Below, piece by piece: positions 49,951-59,030 of a DNA stretch of 64,000 bases. Positions within the stretch are counted from its first letter, which is position 1; every line of letters begins with the position of its first letter. The stretch covers positions 1,280,001-1,344,000 of the forward strand of contig JBBCJC010000002.1 in NCBI GenBank assembly GCA_037189525.1, read 5' to 3'. Under the pieces are notes generated by a model, which saw only the letters and a program-made list of their open reading frames with translations, made no database searches and was not told the DNA's origin. Position numbers and translations under genes: made by a program. The stretch is from Gemmatimonadales bacterium. Lineage in GTDB: Bacteria; Gemmatimonadota; Gemmatimonadetes; Gemmatimonadales; GWC2-71-9.

Positions 49951-50081
49951 ATGAGATGGTTGGGGGGCGATGGGTTCGTCGCGCCGGGGTCTAATTCGTG
50001 TTTTCGATCGTTGCGGTCGAAATCCCGAGCACGGCTGCTGCTTTGGGAACCCGGGCCGGGGTTGATCCGAGCAGCCGTTCG

Positions 50082-51350
50082 TCAGCGCGTGGCGTGGAGG
50101 GTGGCGGTCAGCTGGCGATCGAGTCCGTAGATGTCCTGGTAGTAGCGTATGCCGCCCTCCGGGATGGCCTCCGCTGTCCCGTAGAACAGAATCACCATCG
50201 TGGGCTGAGTCACGGACATGATTCGGCGACTTGGTCCGGCCATGGCGCGTTCGGTGCTGTCCCGGTTCCAGCCCGGATGGTTCCCCAGACTCCATTCGGC
50301 CATTGCCGTCGGATCCGCCAGCCGGATGCAGCCGTGACTCAGATCGCGGCGCTCTCGGGAAAAGAGATTCTTGTCGGGCGTGTCGTGGAGAAAGATGCTC
50401 GACGGATTGGGGAACTCGAATTTGACGGCGCCGAGGGCATTCCGTTTGGTGGCCCGCTGTCGGATGCGCAGCTCGCCACGGCTCAGGCGGTCGAGTGTAT
50501 CGGTGTCGTAGGTGTCGCCGAGCACGGTGTCGCCCGGTCCGACGATTTCCATGTCGTGTTCGATCAGGTAGCGCGGATTCTTGCGCATGGCGGGCAGCAG
50601 TTCGCCCGCAAGAATGCTCTGGGGGACGTTCCAGAACGGGCGGAACTCGACGGTGCGCATTTGCGCAGCAAGCTGAGGCGTTCGGGTCGACCGGGCGCGC
50701 CCGACGATGACCGGCATGGTGAGTGCCGCGCTGCCCCCGAAGTCTGGGGAGTCGAACGCGGAGAGTTGGAATGCCGGGATGTTGACCAGGACGATCCGTC
50801 CCTCCACGCGACGAGGCAGCCAGCGGAGGCGCTCCATCGTGAGCCGGATCTTCTGGGTCGGTTCCGATGAATCCCTTGGGGCGCGCCGAAGCGCCTCGCG
50901 CAGTTGGCGATACTGCGGAAACGCCGGGGCCATGGCGTCGATCAATTCGGGGACGGTGTCCGCAGCGAGCGCGGTCCGGACGGCGGCGGCAATGTCGACC
51001 TGCTCGTTCTGGCGAGTGTTTGAATAGGGGTTGGGCCGGACCCGGCCGTACCGCAGGTCCTCGGCGAGGCGGATCAGGTTGATTGTGAGGGCGCTGTCCG
51101 CGGCGATCGGGTCGGTGCGGATCAACTGCTCGAGTCGCGGGAGGCCGTATCGCGCGGGTGGGAGTCCGTGCTCCTCAGCGGACCGGATCGCGGCCAGGGC
51201 CCGAGCGGCGCCGCGTTGTGCATCTGCCGATCCCGTCGGGGACAGCGATACGGCAACGAGGATGGCGAGAGATCTGATCCACGGTTGCTTGCGGGAGCGG
51301 GCTCGCTCCGGCGGCCTTGATGCGAGCAGGTCGTGCGTGCGATCTCTCAT
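50082..51350 (-). CDS. L,D-transpeptidase (YcbB/LdtD-like)
   Basis: VNIPAFQL, NALGAVKFEFPN, IFLHDTP, SHGCIRL, DIYGLD. Start approximate. Confidence 0.9.
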   Translation of the reverse strand: MRDRTHDLLASRPPERARSRKQPWIRSLAILVAVSLSPTGSADAQRGAARALAAIRSAEEHGLPPARYGLPRLEQLIRTDPIAADSALTINLIRLAEDLRYGRVRPNPYSNTRQNEQVDIAAAVRTALAADTVPELIDAMAPAFPQYRQLREALRRAPRDSSEPTQKIRLTMERLRWLPRRVEGRIVLVNIPAFQLSAFDSPDFGGSAALTMPVIVGRARSTRTPQLAAQMRTVEFRPFWNVPQSILAGELLPAMRKNPRYLIEHDMEIVGPGDTVLGDTYDTDTLDRLSRGELRIRQRATKRNALGAVKFEFPNPSSIFLHDTPDKNLFSRERRDLSHGCIRLADPTAMAEWSLGNHPGWNRDSTERAMAGPSRRIMSVTQPTMVILFYGTAEAIPEGGIRYYQDIYGLDRQLTATLHATR

Positions 51351-51417
51351 CGCTTCGTATGCGCCGGAGCGCCTTTGCGGCGTGGGCGCGTGTGAACCGG
51401 GCTGATCTAGTAGGAGC

Positions 51418-51452
51418 GAAGCCTCGTCGACGCCAATGGCCGACGAGGCTTC
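51418..51452 (-). terminator. hairpin downstream of tRNA-Arg
   Basis: GAAGCCTCGTCG / CGACGAGGCTTC. Confidence 0.65.
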
Positions 51453-51465
51453 GAGTTGTGACGAG

Positions 51466-51539
51466 CGGGCCCGGCGAGATTCGAACTCACGACCTCTTGC
51501 TCCGGAGGCAAGCGCTCTATCCAGCTGAGCTACGGGCCC
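51466..51539 (-). tRNA. tRNA-Arg(CCG)
   Basis: GGGCCCG acceptor, TAGCTCAGCTGGATAGAGC D-arm, CTTGC-CTCCGGA-GCAAG anticodon arm, GTTCGAATC T-loop; CCA not encoded. Confidence 0.96.
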
Positions 51540-51731
51540 TGATGCATGGCGTCGGAACAGCAGACCGGGATTGCTGCCGAATGAGCACCCGGTTTCCGGG
51601 CCCCCAATACTAATGACGCGGGCCGTTGGCGGTAGCCCTCGATCCCGGAGGCGGGCCCAGCCGGCGGCCACGGCGGTCGGGCGGAACTCGTTGAACAGCA
51701 CCATTTTCCGCGTTTCCGGGGCAGGCTCGAG

Positions 51732-52307
51732 CTAGTCGGCGCCCGGCCGGTCCCAGACTGCTGCCTCAGGCCGGCGGGGCGTCGGCTTCCCCTCGGGCCC
51801 GTAGCCCAGGCGGAGCACGAGTTGGGGTATTCCCCCGCCGGGAACCAGTTCCGCCAATCGCTGGCGCAACGTCGGGACTTCGACCGGCTGATTGAGAAAC
51901 GAGGCGCGGATCCCCGCCGCCGTGGCGAGCAGGAGTACCCGCGCCAGGGCTTGGCCGGACCGGATCCATGCGCCCGGATCGTCGCCGTCAGTGCTCAGGA
52001 CGGCCAGCACCGGCGACCCCCGCACCAATTCGGCGTTCCGCGCAGCGCGGCCGTTGCCCAGGTCGAAGGTCCGCACCACCAGCGGCGCCATGACCGCCGT
52101 CACCGGACTCATCTCGAGCGCATAGCCGGGCATGCCGTCGCCGGCCGAAGTCAGGCCGGAGCGGAGCCAACTGGAAAGCTCGACGCGGAAGTGTGGATCC
52201 GCCATCTGGATGCGGTCGCCGGCCATGACGAGATCGGCCAAGGGAGTACGGGCAGACTCGCCGAGGATCGAAAGCTGCGCACCTGCGCGCCTGGCCTCGA
52301 GCCCCGG
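51732..52307 (-). pseudogene. C-terminal half of an Acg-family nitroreductase
   Basis: GQALARVLLLAT..ASFLNQPVEV..PQLVLRLGY..TPRRP; frame closed by TAG at 52308-52310 and N-terminal half absent. Confidence 0.75.
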
Positions 52308-52410
52308 CTATGGTCTCCCGGACTGCCTCGACCTCCTCAAACTACCGGTCGGTTCCCGACGGGGAATGAACCAATTGTGAAGAGTTGCTTAGCTATGTTT
52401 GCCGAAGGTG

Positions 52411-53895
52411 TCAGGCCGGTATCGGCTCTCGCAGCGGCGCCCCGGCCTGCCAGACCAACTCGGCGTCGATGCCGGCGGGCGCGTCGACCTTGAGCCAGTC
52501 GAGCATGGTCGCGAACAGGTCGACTGTGCGAAGCGGCGTCGGGCCAAGGGGCTGGCTGCTCCAGAGCGGGACCTGCATGTGGGCGCGAAACAGGCTGCCG
52601 TGACCCGCCTTGTGCTCCGGAATTTCCCAGCGGTCGCGGAAGTCATACCCTTCTCGTCCGATCACGACGAGATCGCCGGTGCGCGGCGAGCGGAACTGGT
52701 CGAGTAACTGTACGGCGGCGTCCGGATAGACCTCGTCGAAGCTCCGGGCCAGCATTTCGCGCCGATCGGCCTCGAACGGGCCGGTGCCCAGCGGGTCCGC
52801 GCTCTCCGGGCGGTAGCTGATGCGGTCGCCGTGGTCGGTGATGACGGCTTCACCCTGCGCATCCAGCAGCCGGACCTGGCCGGGCCGGTCTTCCGCCGCG
52901 ACGAATGCCACCGCGGGTTCGCGGACCAGCGCAGCAACCAGATCCTCACTCGATCCGAAGGCTTCGCGAGTACGCAGCTTGGCCAGGGGCCATCGCTCGG
53001 TGCGCGGAACGCCGGGCGTGGCGTAGAGCATCGCGGAACCGTTGCCGGCCACCATCACGGCCACTCGAGGGTCGCGTTGCCAGAGTTCCGGGTGCGCCAG
53101 GGTGGGAATCCCACGCTCGCGGAACCAGCTCGCCAGGTCGAGGTGCTCACGTACCGTGGTCGCGCCGTGATCGCTCACCAGCAGAATCAGCGTTTCGTCT
53201 CGCTGCCCCTTCTGTTCCAGCAGGGCCATCGTGTCACCGATGGCGGCGTCGACCTTGTGCAAGGCGCGCAGAACCTTGGGGGCATCGGGAGTCGTCTGGT
53301 GCGTATACCCGTCGACCGCCGGAAACTGGGCAAAGAGGAAGCGCCAGTCGGGGTCGCGCCCGATCCAGTCCAGCAACGCCTTGGCCACGACGCCGTCGGC
53401 CGGCTGGTGCCAGAGGAGATAGTGGGAGATGGCACCCCAGAACTTCCGCGCACCTTGCGTCGGATCCCGTTCCGGCGTGAGGCCGCGGGTGATCATCGTA
53501 AAGAAGGCGGCGCTTTCCGGAACCAGCTGAAAGATGGTTTGGACATCGGGGGTGATATCGGCGTCCAGCATCCCGGCCTGATAGCCGCAGTAACTGCGGA
53601 CCGCATCACGCTCCTGCCACCAGCGTCCTGCGTAGGCGGCGCGATCGAGCCAGCGGATCGACGGCACGTTGCAGCGGCCCGGCAGGCACCCGGTCAGGAA
53701 GGGCAGGTAGGCGACGCTGGTAGTCGACGGGAACGCCGTGATGGCCCGGCCGCGCCCCCCGGCACCCGTCAGGCGGGCCAGGTTCGGCAGGCGTCCGGCT
53801 GCCACCTCACGCTCAGCGACGTCGGGGCGGAGGCCGTCGACCAGGATCAGCAGGCAACGGCGGGTCGAGCTACGGTCCGGGAGTGATCTCGTCAT
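52411..53895 (-). CDS. alkaline phosphatase superfamily protein (NPP/phosphodiesterase)
   Basis: VDGLR, FPSTT, DGYTH, SDHG, GHGS. Confidence 0.88.
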   Translation of the reverse strand: MTRSLPDRSSTRRCLLILVDGLRPDVAEREVAAGRLPNLARLTGAGGRGRAITAFPSTTSVAYLPFLTGCLPGRCNVPSIRWLDRAAYAGRWWQERDAVRSYCGYQAGMLDADITPDVQTIFQLVPESAAFFTMITRGLTPERDPTQGARKFWGAISHYLLWHQPADGVVAKALLDWIGRDPDWRFLFAQFPAVDGYTHQTTPDAPKVLRALHKVDAAIGDTMALLEQKGQRDETLILLVSDHGATTVREHLDLASWFRERGIPTLAHPELWQRDPRVAVMVAGNGSAMLYATPGVPRTERWPLAKLRTREAFGSSEDLVAALVREPAVAFVAAEDRPGQVRLLDAQGEAVITDHGDRISYRPESADPLGTGPFEADRREMLARSFDEVYPDAAVQLLDQFRSPRTGDLVVIGREGYDFRDRWEIPEHKAGHGSLFRAHMQVPLWSSQPLGPTPLRTVDLFATMLDWLKVDAPAGIDAELVWQAGAPLREPIPA

Positions 53896-54067
53896 GAGGC
53901 GCAAGATGCCTCATGGGCGTGACCTGTCTGTGGCCGGGCGACTGGCGCCGGCGGGCGATGCGAGAGCCGTCTCGAATGCGGGTCTGGAGGGTCGTCAGCG
54001 GTGCGTGGCACAGGGTAGAAAACTGGACTGGTGGGCGAGCCGGTTCAAGGCTTGGCGCGGTCGGCGG

Positions 54068-54184
54068 TCAGACGACGAAATCCTGCCCGGGTTCGGTTTG
54101 CGCCAGCAAGCCGGCCAGGATCGTCAATCCTGCCGTCACGCGCTCCCGATCCGTTTCATGGCCTAGGCAGAGTCGAACCGCACC
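54068..54184 (-). pseudogene. 3' remnant of a MocR/PLP-dependent aminotransferase-fold gene
   Basis: Reads GAVRLCLGHETDRERVTAGLTILAGLLAQTEPGQDFVV*. Confidence 0.6.
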
Positions 54185-54413
54185 CAAAAATACGTCGGCG
54201 ACAGCGCGAGGTCACTTCTGCTCACCTTGGGACCTCGACACTGGCAGTACCGATGCCTTTTCGCCCAGACCACGCCCCCCGCCCCGAAGGTCAGAACCAG
54301 ATCGAGCGTTAGGCCGTAATGTTCGCTGCGGGTCCCGGCATTCAGAGTGCCGTGCTGACGGATCGAGGCACTGTGGAGTATTTTTCGTATCTCAGAACTT
54401 AAAAGGTCTCGGA

Positions 54414-54854
54414 ATGATCGCCCCTGCGATCCTAGTCTTTCTCGGTGTCGCTGCAGGAGTCCAAGAGAAAGCCTTTCGGGAAGACGAGGTTGACACCCCT
54501 GCCGTGGTCACCCGTATGGCACAACCGCGGTACCATCCACTTCTCCTTCACGTCCACGTTGAGCCGACCGCCACTGTGACATTTGTGATCGATACAGCCG
54601 GTCGCATTGAGTCGGGGTCACTTGAGCTGAGTTTGTCGAACGAGCACATACGAGATGACGTTCGCGAGGCACTCCTTCAGTTTGCCTACAAACCGGCTTA
54701 CTTGGCCGGATCCCCGGTCCGGCAGAGGGCGAGTATGGAGATCCAGTTCATCGATTGCCGGCCGACCGAACCACTATGGCCCAAAAACAAAGAAATCTGT
54801 TCGAAGCACGCGGGACTGACAGCACTGTACTACAAACGGGAGATTCCGCGCTGA
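54414..54854 (+). CDS. TonB C-terminal domain-only protein
   Basis: Hydrophobic N-terminus, EDEVDTP, PRY, VTFVIDTAGRIE, YKPAYLAGSPVRQ. Confidence 0.7.
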   Translation: MIAPAILVFLGVAAGVQEKAFREDEVDTPAVVTRMAQPRYHPLLLHVHVEPTATVTFVIDTAGRIESGSLELSLSNEHIRDDVREALLQFAYKPAYLAGSPVRQRASMEIQFIDCRPTEPLWPKNKEICSKHAGLTALYYKREIPR

Positions 54855-54940
54855 CCCGCTGATTAACAGTCAGCTGCCTTAGGCGGTGTGGATCCTTCTG
54901 CCAGTCTGCGTGGGGGTGGAGTCGGAGCCGGCCGAAAACG

Positions 54941-54984
54941 ACGAAACCCCACCGAGCATAACGTTCGGTGGGGTTTCGTTTTTT
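54941..54984. terminator. strong intrinsic terminator next to the att site
   Basis: ACGAAACCCCACCGA / TCGGTGGGGTTTCGT followed by a T-run; A-run on the left side. Confidence 0.8.
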
Positions 54985-54990
54985 GATCAG

Positions 54991-55032
54991 TCGGGGCGCC
55001 GGGATTTGAATCCGGGACCTCTTGCTCCCGAA
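54991..55032 (-). other. att site: 3' half of tRNA-Pro(CGG)
   Basis: Minus strand TTCGGGA-GCAAG-AGGTC-CCGGA-TTCAAAT-CCCGG-CGCCCCG-A; no D-arm or 5' acceptor strand upstream. Confidence 0.88.
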
Positions 55033-55138
55033 TCGCAGCCGCCCGCTGATGGGCACCAGCCACCACCGAAAGATCGTTGATTTTCAACCACTTACGCCAG
55101 TGGACGCCGATCAGCAACAACCAGAAACGGGGGGATTT

Positions 55139-55159
55139 GTTACCCGGAACGTTACCCGG
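55139..55159 (+). repeat. GTTACCCGG direct repeat (candidate integrase arm sites)
   Basis: Copies at 55139-55147 and 55151-55159; IHF-like TTTCAACCACTTA at 55082-55094. Confidence 0.6.
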
Positions 55160-55395
55160 CGCTGACCACAGGTCATCCCAAACGACCGGCGGTCGTCCCA
55201 TAAGTGCGGGTTTAAGCTAGGGGTGAGAGTGTGGCATCTGTCTTGAGGAGATTCGCCGGAGGCGAACTGGCCGATCTGGCGGTCGACTCCATGTCAAGGT
55301 ACCTTCCCCCCCGCGATCGGGGCGCGGCCCCTTGATGTCTGGGAAGTCCTTGGTGGACAAACCCTTCCGATTACCGGATTCTCAATGATCCACCC

Positions 55396-56064
55396 ATGGT
55401 AGTTGAATCCGCGGTGATACCTGGCCAGTACCCGGCCGAGCACGTTCGCCGGGTCGAGGTATGGGCTTCTGCATCGATTGATGGCGAAACACACGAGCGA
55501 ATGTCGCCCATGTTGGACGACGACGGCGAGGTATTTGCTCCAATCATGATCAATGTATTGGGCGGTACAGTCGACGGAGCCGCTACGGTACGGTCGCTGT
55601 CTGACGAGCACGGACGAACGGTTCACAGGGCGCACATACGGCTGTGGTTTGAACCGTCTGAGCCTCTCGACCTTGGTGACTCCTTCCTTTCGAAGCAGGC
55701 CGAGCGGTGGAACAATGTGACGAGCGAGCTGGATTCGGCCTTCGCTGACGCATCGTGGTCGGTCTCGGCGATCTTTGGCTTGGAAACCGCGGCAGAGCCA
55801 ACGGTTGTTGAGCTTCCGATCGCTCTCGACGCGCGAACAACAAAGAGCTTCTCGGAAATTAGGGGGCTGCGGCTTGTCCAGCTTACCAGCGATCGATCGT
55901 CTGAGCTGTACTCGGTAGTAGTCGACCAGCAACCGCGAGGACTGTCTCTTCAGGTCGCGTCGACCATGCGGTCGAACGTCAGCTCGGGGATCCTAGCCAA
56001 GGCCATGCGTGAGGGTTGGAGAATCGCGCGCTTTGCGGTGCCTAGCTTGCCGGAGGCGGAATGA
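55396..56064 (+). CDS. hypothetical protein, gene 1 of the HEPN triad
   Basis: 222 aa ORF, ATGA-coupled to the next gene. Confidence 0.7.
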   Translation: MVVESAVIPGQYPAEHVRRVEVWASASIDGETHERMSPMLDDDGEVFAPIMINVLGGTVDGAATVRSLSDEHGRTVHRAHIRLWFEPSEPLDLGDSFLSKQAERWNNVTSELDSAFADASWSVSAIFGLETAAEPTVVELPIALDARTTKSFSEIRGLRLVQLTSDRSSELYSVVVDQQPRGLSLQVASTMRSNVSSGILAKAMREGWRIARFAVPSLPEAE

Positions 56065-56654
56065 CTCACGTTATCGATAGTCGCGGCGTTTGGCACAGAC
56101 TCGACGAAATCGAGTTCCAACGGCCAGGGCGCCATGACTCGGTCGAACTCGTTCAGCAGAGTCGGCGATACCTGGAACGTCAGGCCCAAGCAGACATTCG
56201 GTCCGCGACTCAGGATTCTATGTCGTCCCTCTTTGTTGCTCTCATTCAGGGAGCGGCGAAGAAGGGGGCGTCCGCGGTTCGGGCCGACCTGCTCGCTGAG
56301 GAGCTCAAGGACGCGAAGGCAACCATTGATCGGTTACTGGCCTTCGTTCCAGGACGGATGCCAACGCCAGACGTCGAGCGCCTCCGGACCATTTCCAGCG
56401 AGCTCATGCAAGCGGCCAAAGACGCCTTCGGACCTTTGGGTTGTAAGCAGTACAACGTGGTTGCGCTGCCCGAGGCGGATGACGATTGCGAGGCGGCCGT
56501 CCGGATCGTTCTGGACGTTCAGCTGACGCCAGAAGCGGTCGCGCAGTTCGGGGAGCACGCCTTCGCCGTTCACCGACGCTTTGTTGAGCTTACGACACCG
56601 ACCGAACGTCGTGCGATTCACCTTTCCGTGGGCTCGATTTCCGACCCGCTATGA
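56061..56654 (+). CDS. hypothetical protein, gene 2 of the HEPN triad (possible antitoxin)
   Basis: 197 aa, GGAGG RBS, ATGA overlap at both ends. Confidence 0.7.
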   Translation: MTHVIDSRGVWHRLDEIEFQRPGRHDSVELVQQSRRYLERQAQADIRSATQDSMSSLFVALIQGAAKKGASAVRADLLAEELKDAKATIDRLLAFVPGRMPTPDVERLRTISSELMQAAKDAFGPLGCKQYNVVALPEADDDCEAAVRIVLDVQLTPEAVAQFGEHAFAVHRRFVELTTPTERRAIHLSVGSISDPL

Positions 56655-57061
56655 ACCCCGGTGAGAACCTCCCTCTCGCCAAGCTGCTTGCGAAGCCGTT
56701 GTCAGGCTGTTTGGACGAGGCGGCTTGGCGAGGAGCCGTAGGTCGTGCTTACTACGCCGCTTTTTGCGCCTCCAGAGATGCACTTGCCGCTGCGTCGATA
56801 GAGGTTCCGAGGACTAGAGATGCCCACGGGGATGTAGCGCAAAAGCTAGGGGAGTCGAGCGACTCGGTCGTTGCGGCTTGTGGCTCGATGCTTAATGACA
56901 TTCGACGCGACCGCCGAGCGGCGGACTACGACGTAGGCCGTCAGCTGCCGAAGCGTCATCACGAGTGGAGGACGATAGCTGCACTTTCCATAGGTAAGGC
57001 GGAACAGGTCGTCGAAGGACTGGCGAAGATTTCATCGGCCGAACTTAAGCGCAGCTTCTAG
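56651..57061 (+). CDS. HEPN domain protein (UPF0332/COG1895-like)
   Basis: RAYYAAF, central His (DAHGDV), RRAADYD. Confidence 0.85.
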   Translation: MNPGENLPLAKLLAKPLSGCLDEAAWRGAVGRAYYAAFCASRDALAAASIEVPRTRDAHGDVAQKLGESSDSVVAACGSMLNDIRRDRRAADYDVGRQLPKRHHEWRTIAALSIGKAEQVVEGLAKISSAELKRSF

Positions 57062-57105
57062 GGTTTGCCCCCCCCATTGACCTTCCCGCCCCATCGTGGG
57101 GGCAT

Positions 57106-57448
57106 CTACACCTTCCGTGAGCACATGCTGGCCGCCGTCCTCAGTGGCCGGGACCGCCTCCGCCGCCTATACCCCTGCTGGACGAACTCGATCTCCCGCC
57201 CGATCTCGGCATCGGTGGGCCACCCCAAGTCCTCGCTCTTGTTCGAGTTCATGTCGAATGCTCCGAGTAGGCTGAGGCGCCAGGTGCCGTCATAGCCCTT
57301 AGTGGCAGGTCCAGCCGACGAGTCATGGTCGACCTCGGCCGCGGACCATGTCCTCGAGCTGGGCGACCGTCAGGCGCATCCGCCGGGCAGCTTCCGCCAG
57401 GGTGTAGTAGTTCGCGTCGGTGGGGAATTGGAACCGCCAGTTCGGCAT
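57106..57448 (-). pseudogene. frameshifted Xis/MerR-like HTH gene
   Basis: MPNWRFQFPTDANYYTLAEAARRMRLTVAQLEDMVRGRGRP* (57323-57448); the +1 frame continues ..PATKGYDGTWRLS.. to TAG at 57106. Confidence 0.5.
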
Positions 57449-57632
57449 TGGGCCAAGATAGCAGGCCCGGCATTCCTAGTGTCGCGATTCCTGAGAGCGC
57501 ATGGATGGCCGACCTACGGTTGGGCCCAGTACGCCCCTGAGCGTCCGTAGCCCGCGGATCGGCCAGCGGGCGAGCCCCCTTGTTCTTAACACCGGCTCCG
57601 GCCTCACGCTTATCAGACGTGCGGCCTCAGTC

Positions 57633-57872
57633 TCAATCGGGCACTTGCCCCCGTTGCGCTCGATAAGCAGCGACAAAGTCGGCTGCCAATTGGCTGGGCA
57701 GCCTGGTGCCTAGCCGATGCGTGAACTCCCAGACAAATTGGGAACCATCTGGGTTTGGAATACCAACCGACATGACGGCGGCCGTGCTCACCGTCATCAG
57801 GTTGGGATCCGGCCCGCGTTCACTGAGCTCCCACTGAATCGCGGCAACGACCTTCGCGAATTCCTCACTCAT
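57633..57872 (-). CDS. small hypothetical protein
   Basis: 79 aa, 4-bp overlap with the upstream gene. Confidence 0.6.
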   Translation of the reverse strand: MSEEFAKVVAAIQWELSERGPDPNLMTVSTAAVMSVGIPNPDGSQFVWEFTHRLGTRLPSQLAADFVAAYRAQRGQVPD

Positions 57873-58942
57873 TGTGTCGAGTTCTCCGTGTCGGTGTGAT
57901 CAGGACCGGGTTCGTTGGCGAAGCTATCGCCGTCAACGTCCTGTGGTACTTCACCACTGGTCCGACGTTGCCTCGGTTTCGAGGTTAGTCGATGCACAGC
58001 GGCCTTGAGTTCTCCATCGTCGCGAATCGCGAGGTCCATCCGCTCAACGAGGTCGACCAGGACAAGGCGGAAGTCGGTCGCATTGGCCAAGAATTCCTCG
58101 TCTGTGCCGTCGTGAAGATCCGCGCTAATTGCTTGGTGAAGGAGCTGCAGAGGACTGTGCCCATTGATGCGCAGGATCTCGGGAATCGCCGATTTTATCG
58201 AAGCGATGGCGTTGGCGAACTGCGTCTGACCCTTAGCCTCTGTTAGTTCGGCAACGAGGTCGTCGTGACCCGGAAGTACGGATGCGACCTTGATCATCCT
58301 GTCGAAGATTCTGTCCTTTTGCCGTTCGACGACCCGGCGGTAGTAGGCGGCCGCGCCCAGTCCGAATCCCTCCTGCTCCGCTCGATACCCAAGCAGGAAC
58401 AGCTTTCGATCCTTCTGGAGGAGTCGCTCCACTCTGGCGGGAGGCTTCTGACCGTACTGCGGCCACTCACCGATTTTCCAGATGCGAAGGGAGAGGTCTT
58501 CCTTTGCGGCGTCATGTGGCCGCGCATGTACCTCGAGCCGATTGCCTGACTGCGATTTCCAGGCGTGGTACTTGGGTGGCGGGGTGCATCCAAGAGCAAA
58601 CGTCTTATGGCTTTTGTTGCAGTTCTGGCATCGGTACGACGCGATACCGAACCATGGGAAATCCAATAGGCATTCTCCTACCGTTTGCCCGAGGTGAGAG
58701 ATAGGGCCAAACCATCGGACTCCATCACACTCAGGACAGTGCAGCTGAATGCGGGGAAGGGTAACAACAACGAGGGCTGCTCCCGAGGTGGCGGGCGACA
58801 CCGACGGGGCCACGGTCCACCTCAGCAGCGAGATTGCCGTGCCGGGTGGCATCCTCCCCAAGAGAATGGCGATGTCCATGTCTGTCGCCGGAGTACTTTC
58901 CGAGGTCAACGAAGGGTCGGGCCCTTGGCCTTCATTCGTCAT
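57869..58942 (-). CDS. Zn-ribbon + DUF4145/HEPN-like protein
   Basis: CPEC and CQNC pairs, GAAAYYRRVVE, LHQAISADLH; GGAG RBS before ATG 58942. Confidence 0.6.
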   Translation of the reverse strand: MTNEGQGPDPSLTSESTPATDMDIAILLGRMPPGTAISLLRWTVAPSVSPATSGAALVVVTLPRIQLHCPECDGVRWFGPISHLGQTVGECLLDFPWFGIASYRCQNCNKSHKTFALGCTPPPKYHAWKSQSGNRLEVHARPHDAAKEDLSLRIWKIGEWPQYGQKPPARVERLLQKDRKLFLLGYRAEQEGFGLGAAAYYRRVVERQKDRIFDRMIKVASVLPGHDDLVAELTEAKGQTQFANAIASIKSAIPEILRINGHSPLQLLHQAISADLHDGTDEEFLANATDFRLVLVDLVERMDLAIRDDGELKAAVHRLTSKPRQRRTSGEVPQDVDGDSFANEPGPDHTDTENSTQ

Positions 58943-59030
58943 TGTTGCTCTCCGCAAAAATGAGCAGTGTTGCGGTGTGCTGGGATGAACGGGCAGACTC
59001 AGCGCCGCCGATTGCGCGAATTTCGTCGAA

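Noticed and set aside
51351..51704. N-terminal extension of the L,D-transpeptidase ORF
   Set aside because: Reads through the tRNA-Arg gene; the real start is downstream.
53913..54413. N-terminal part of the 313 aa ORF
   Set aside because: No protein-like features and overlaps the MocR remnant; ATG 54414 is more plausible.
54991..55032. Functional tRNA-Pro, or a copy of the nearby tRNA-Arg
   Set aside because: 5' half is missing. It shares only GACCTCTTGCTCC with tRNA-Arg, and the anticodon and acceptor are Pro-type.
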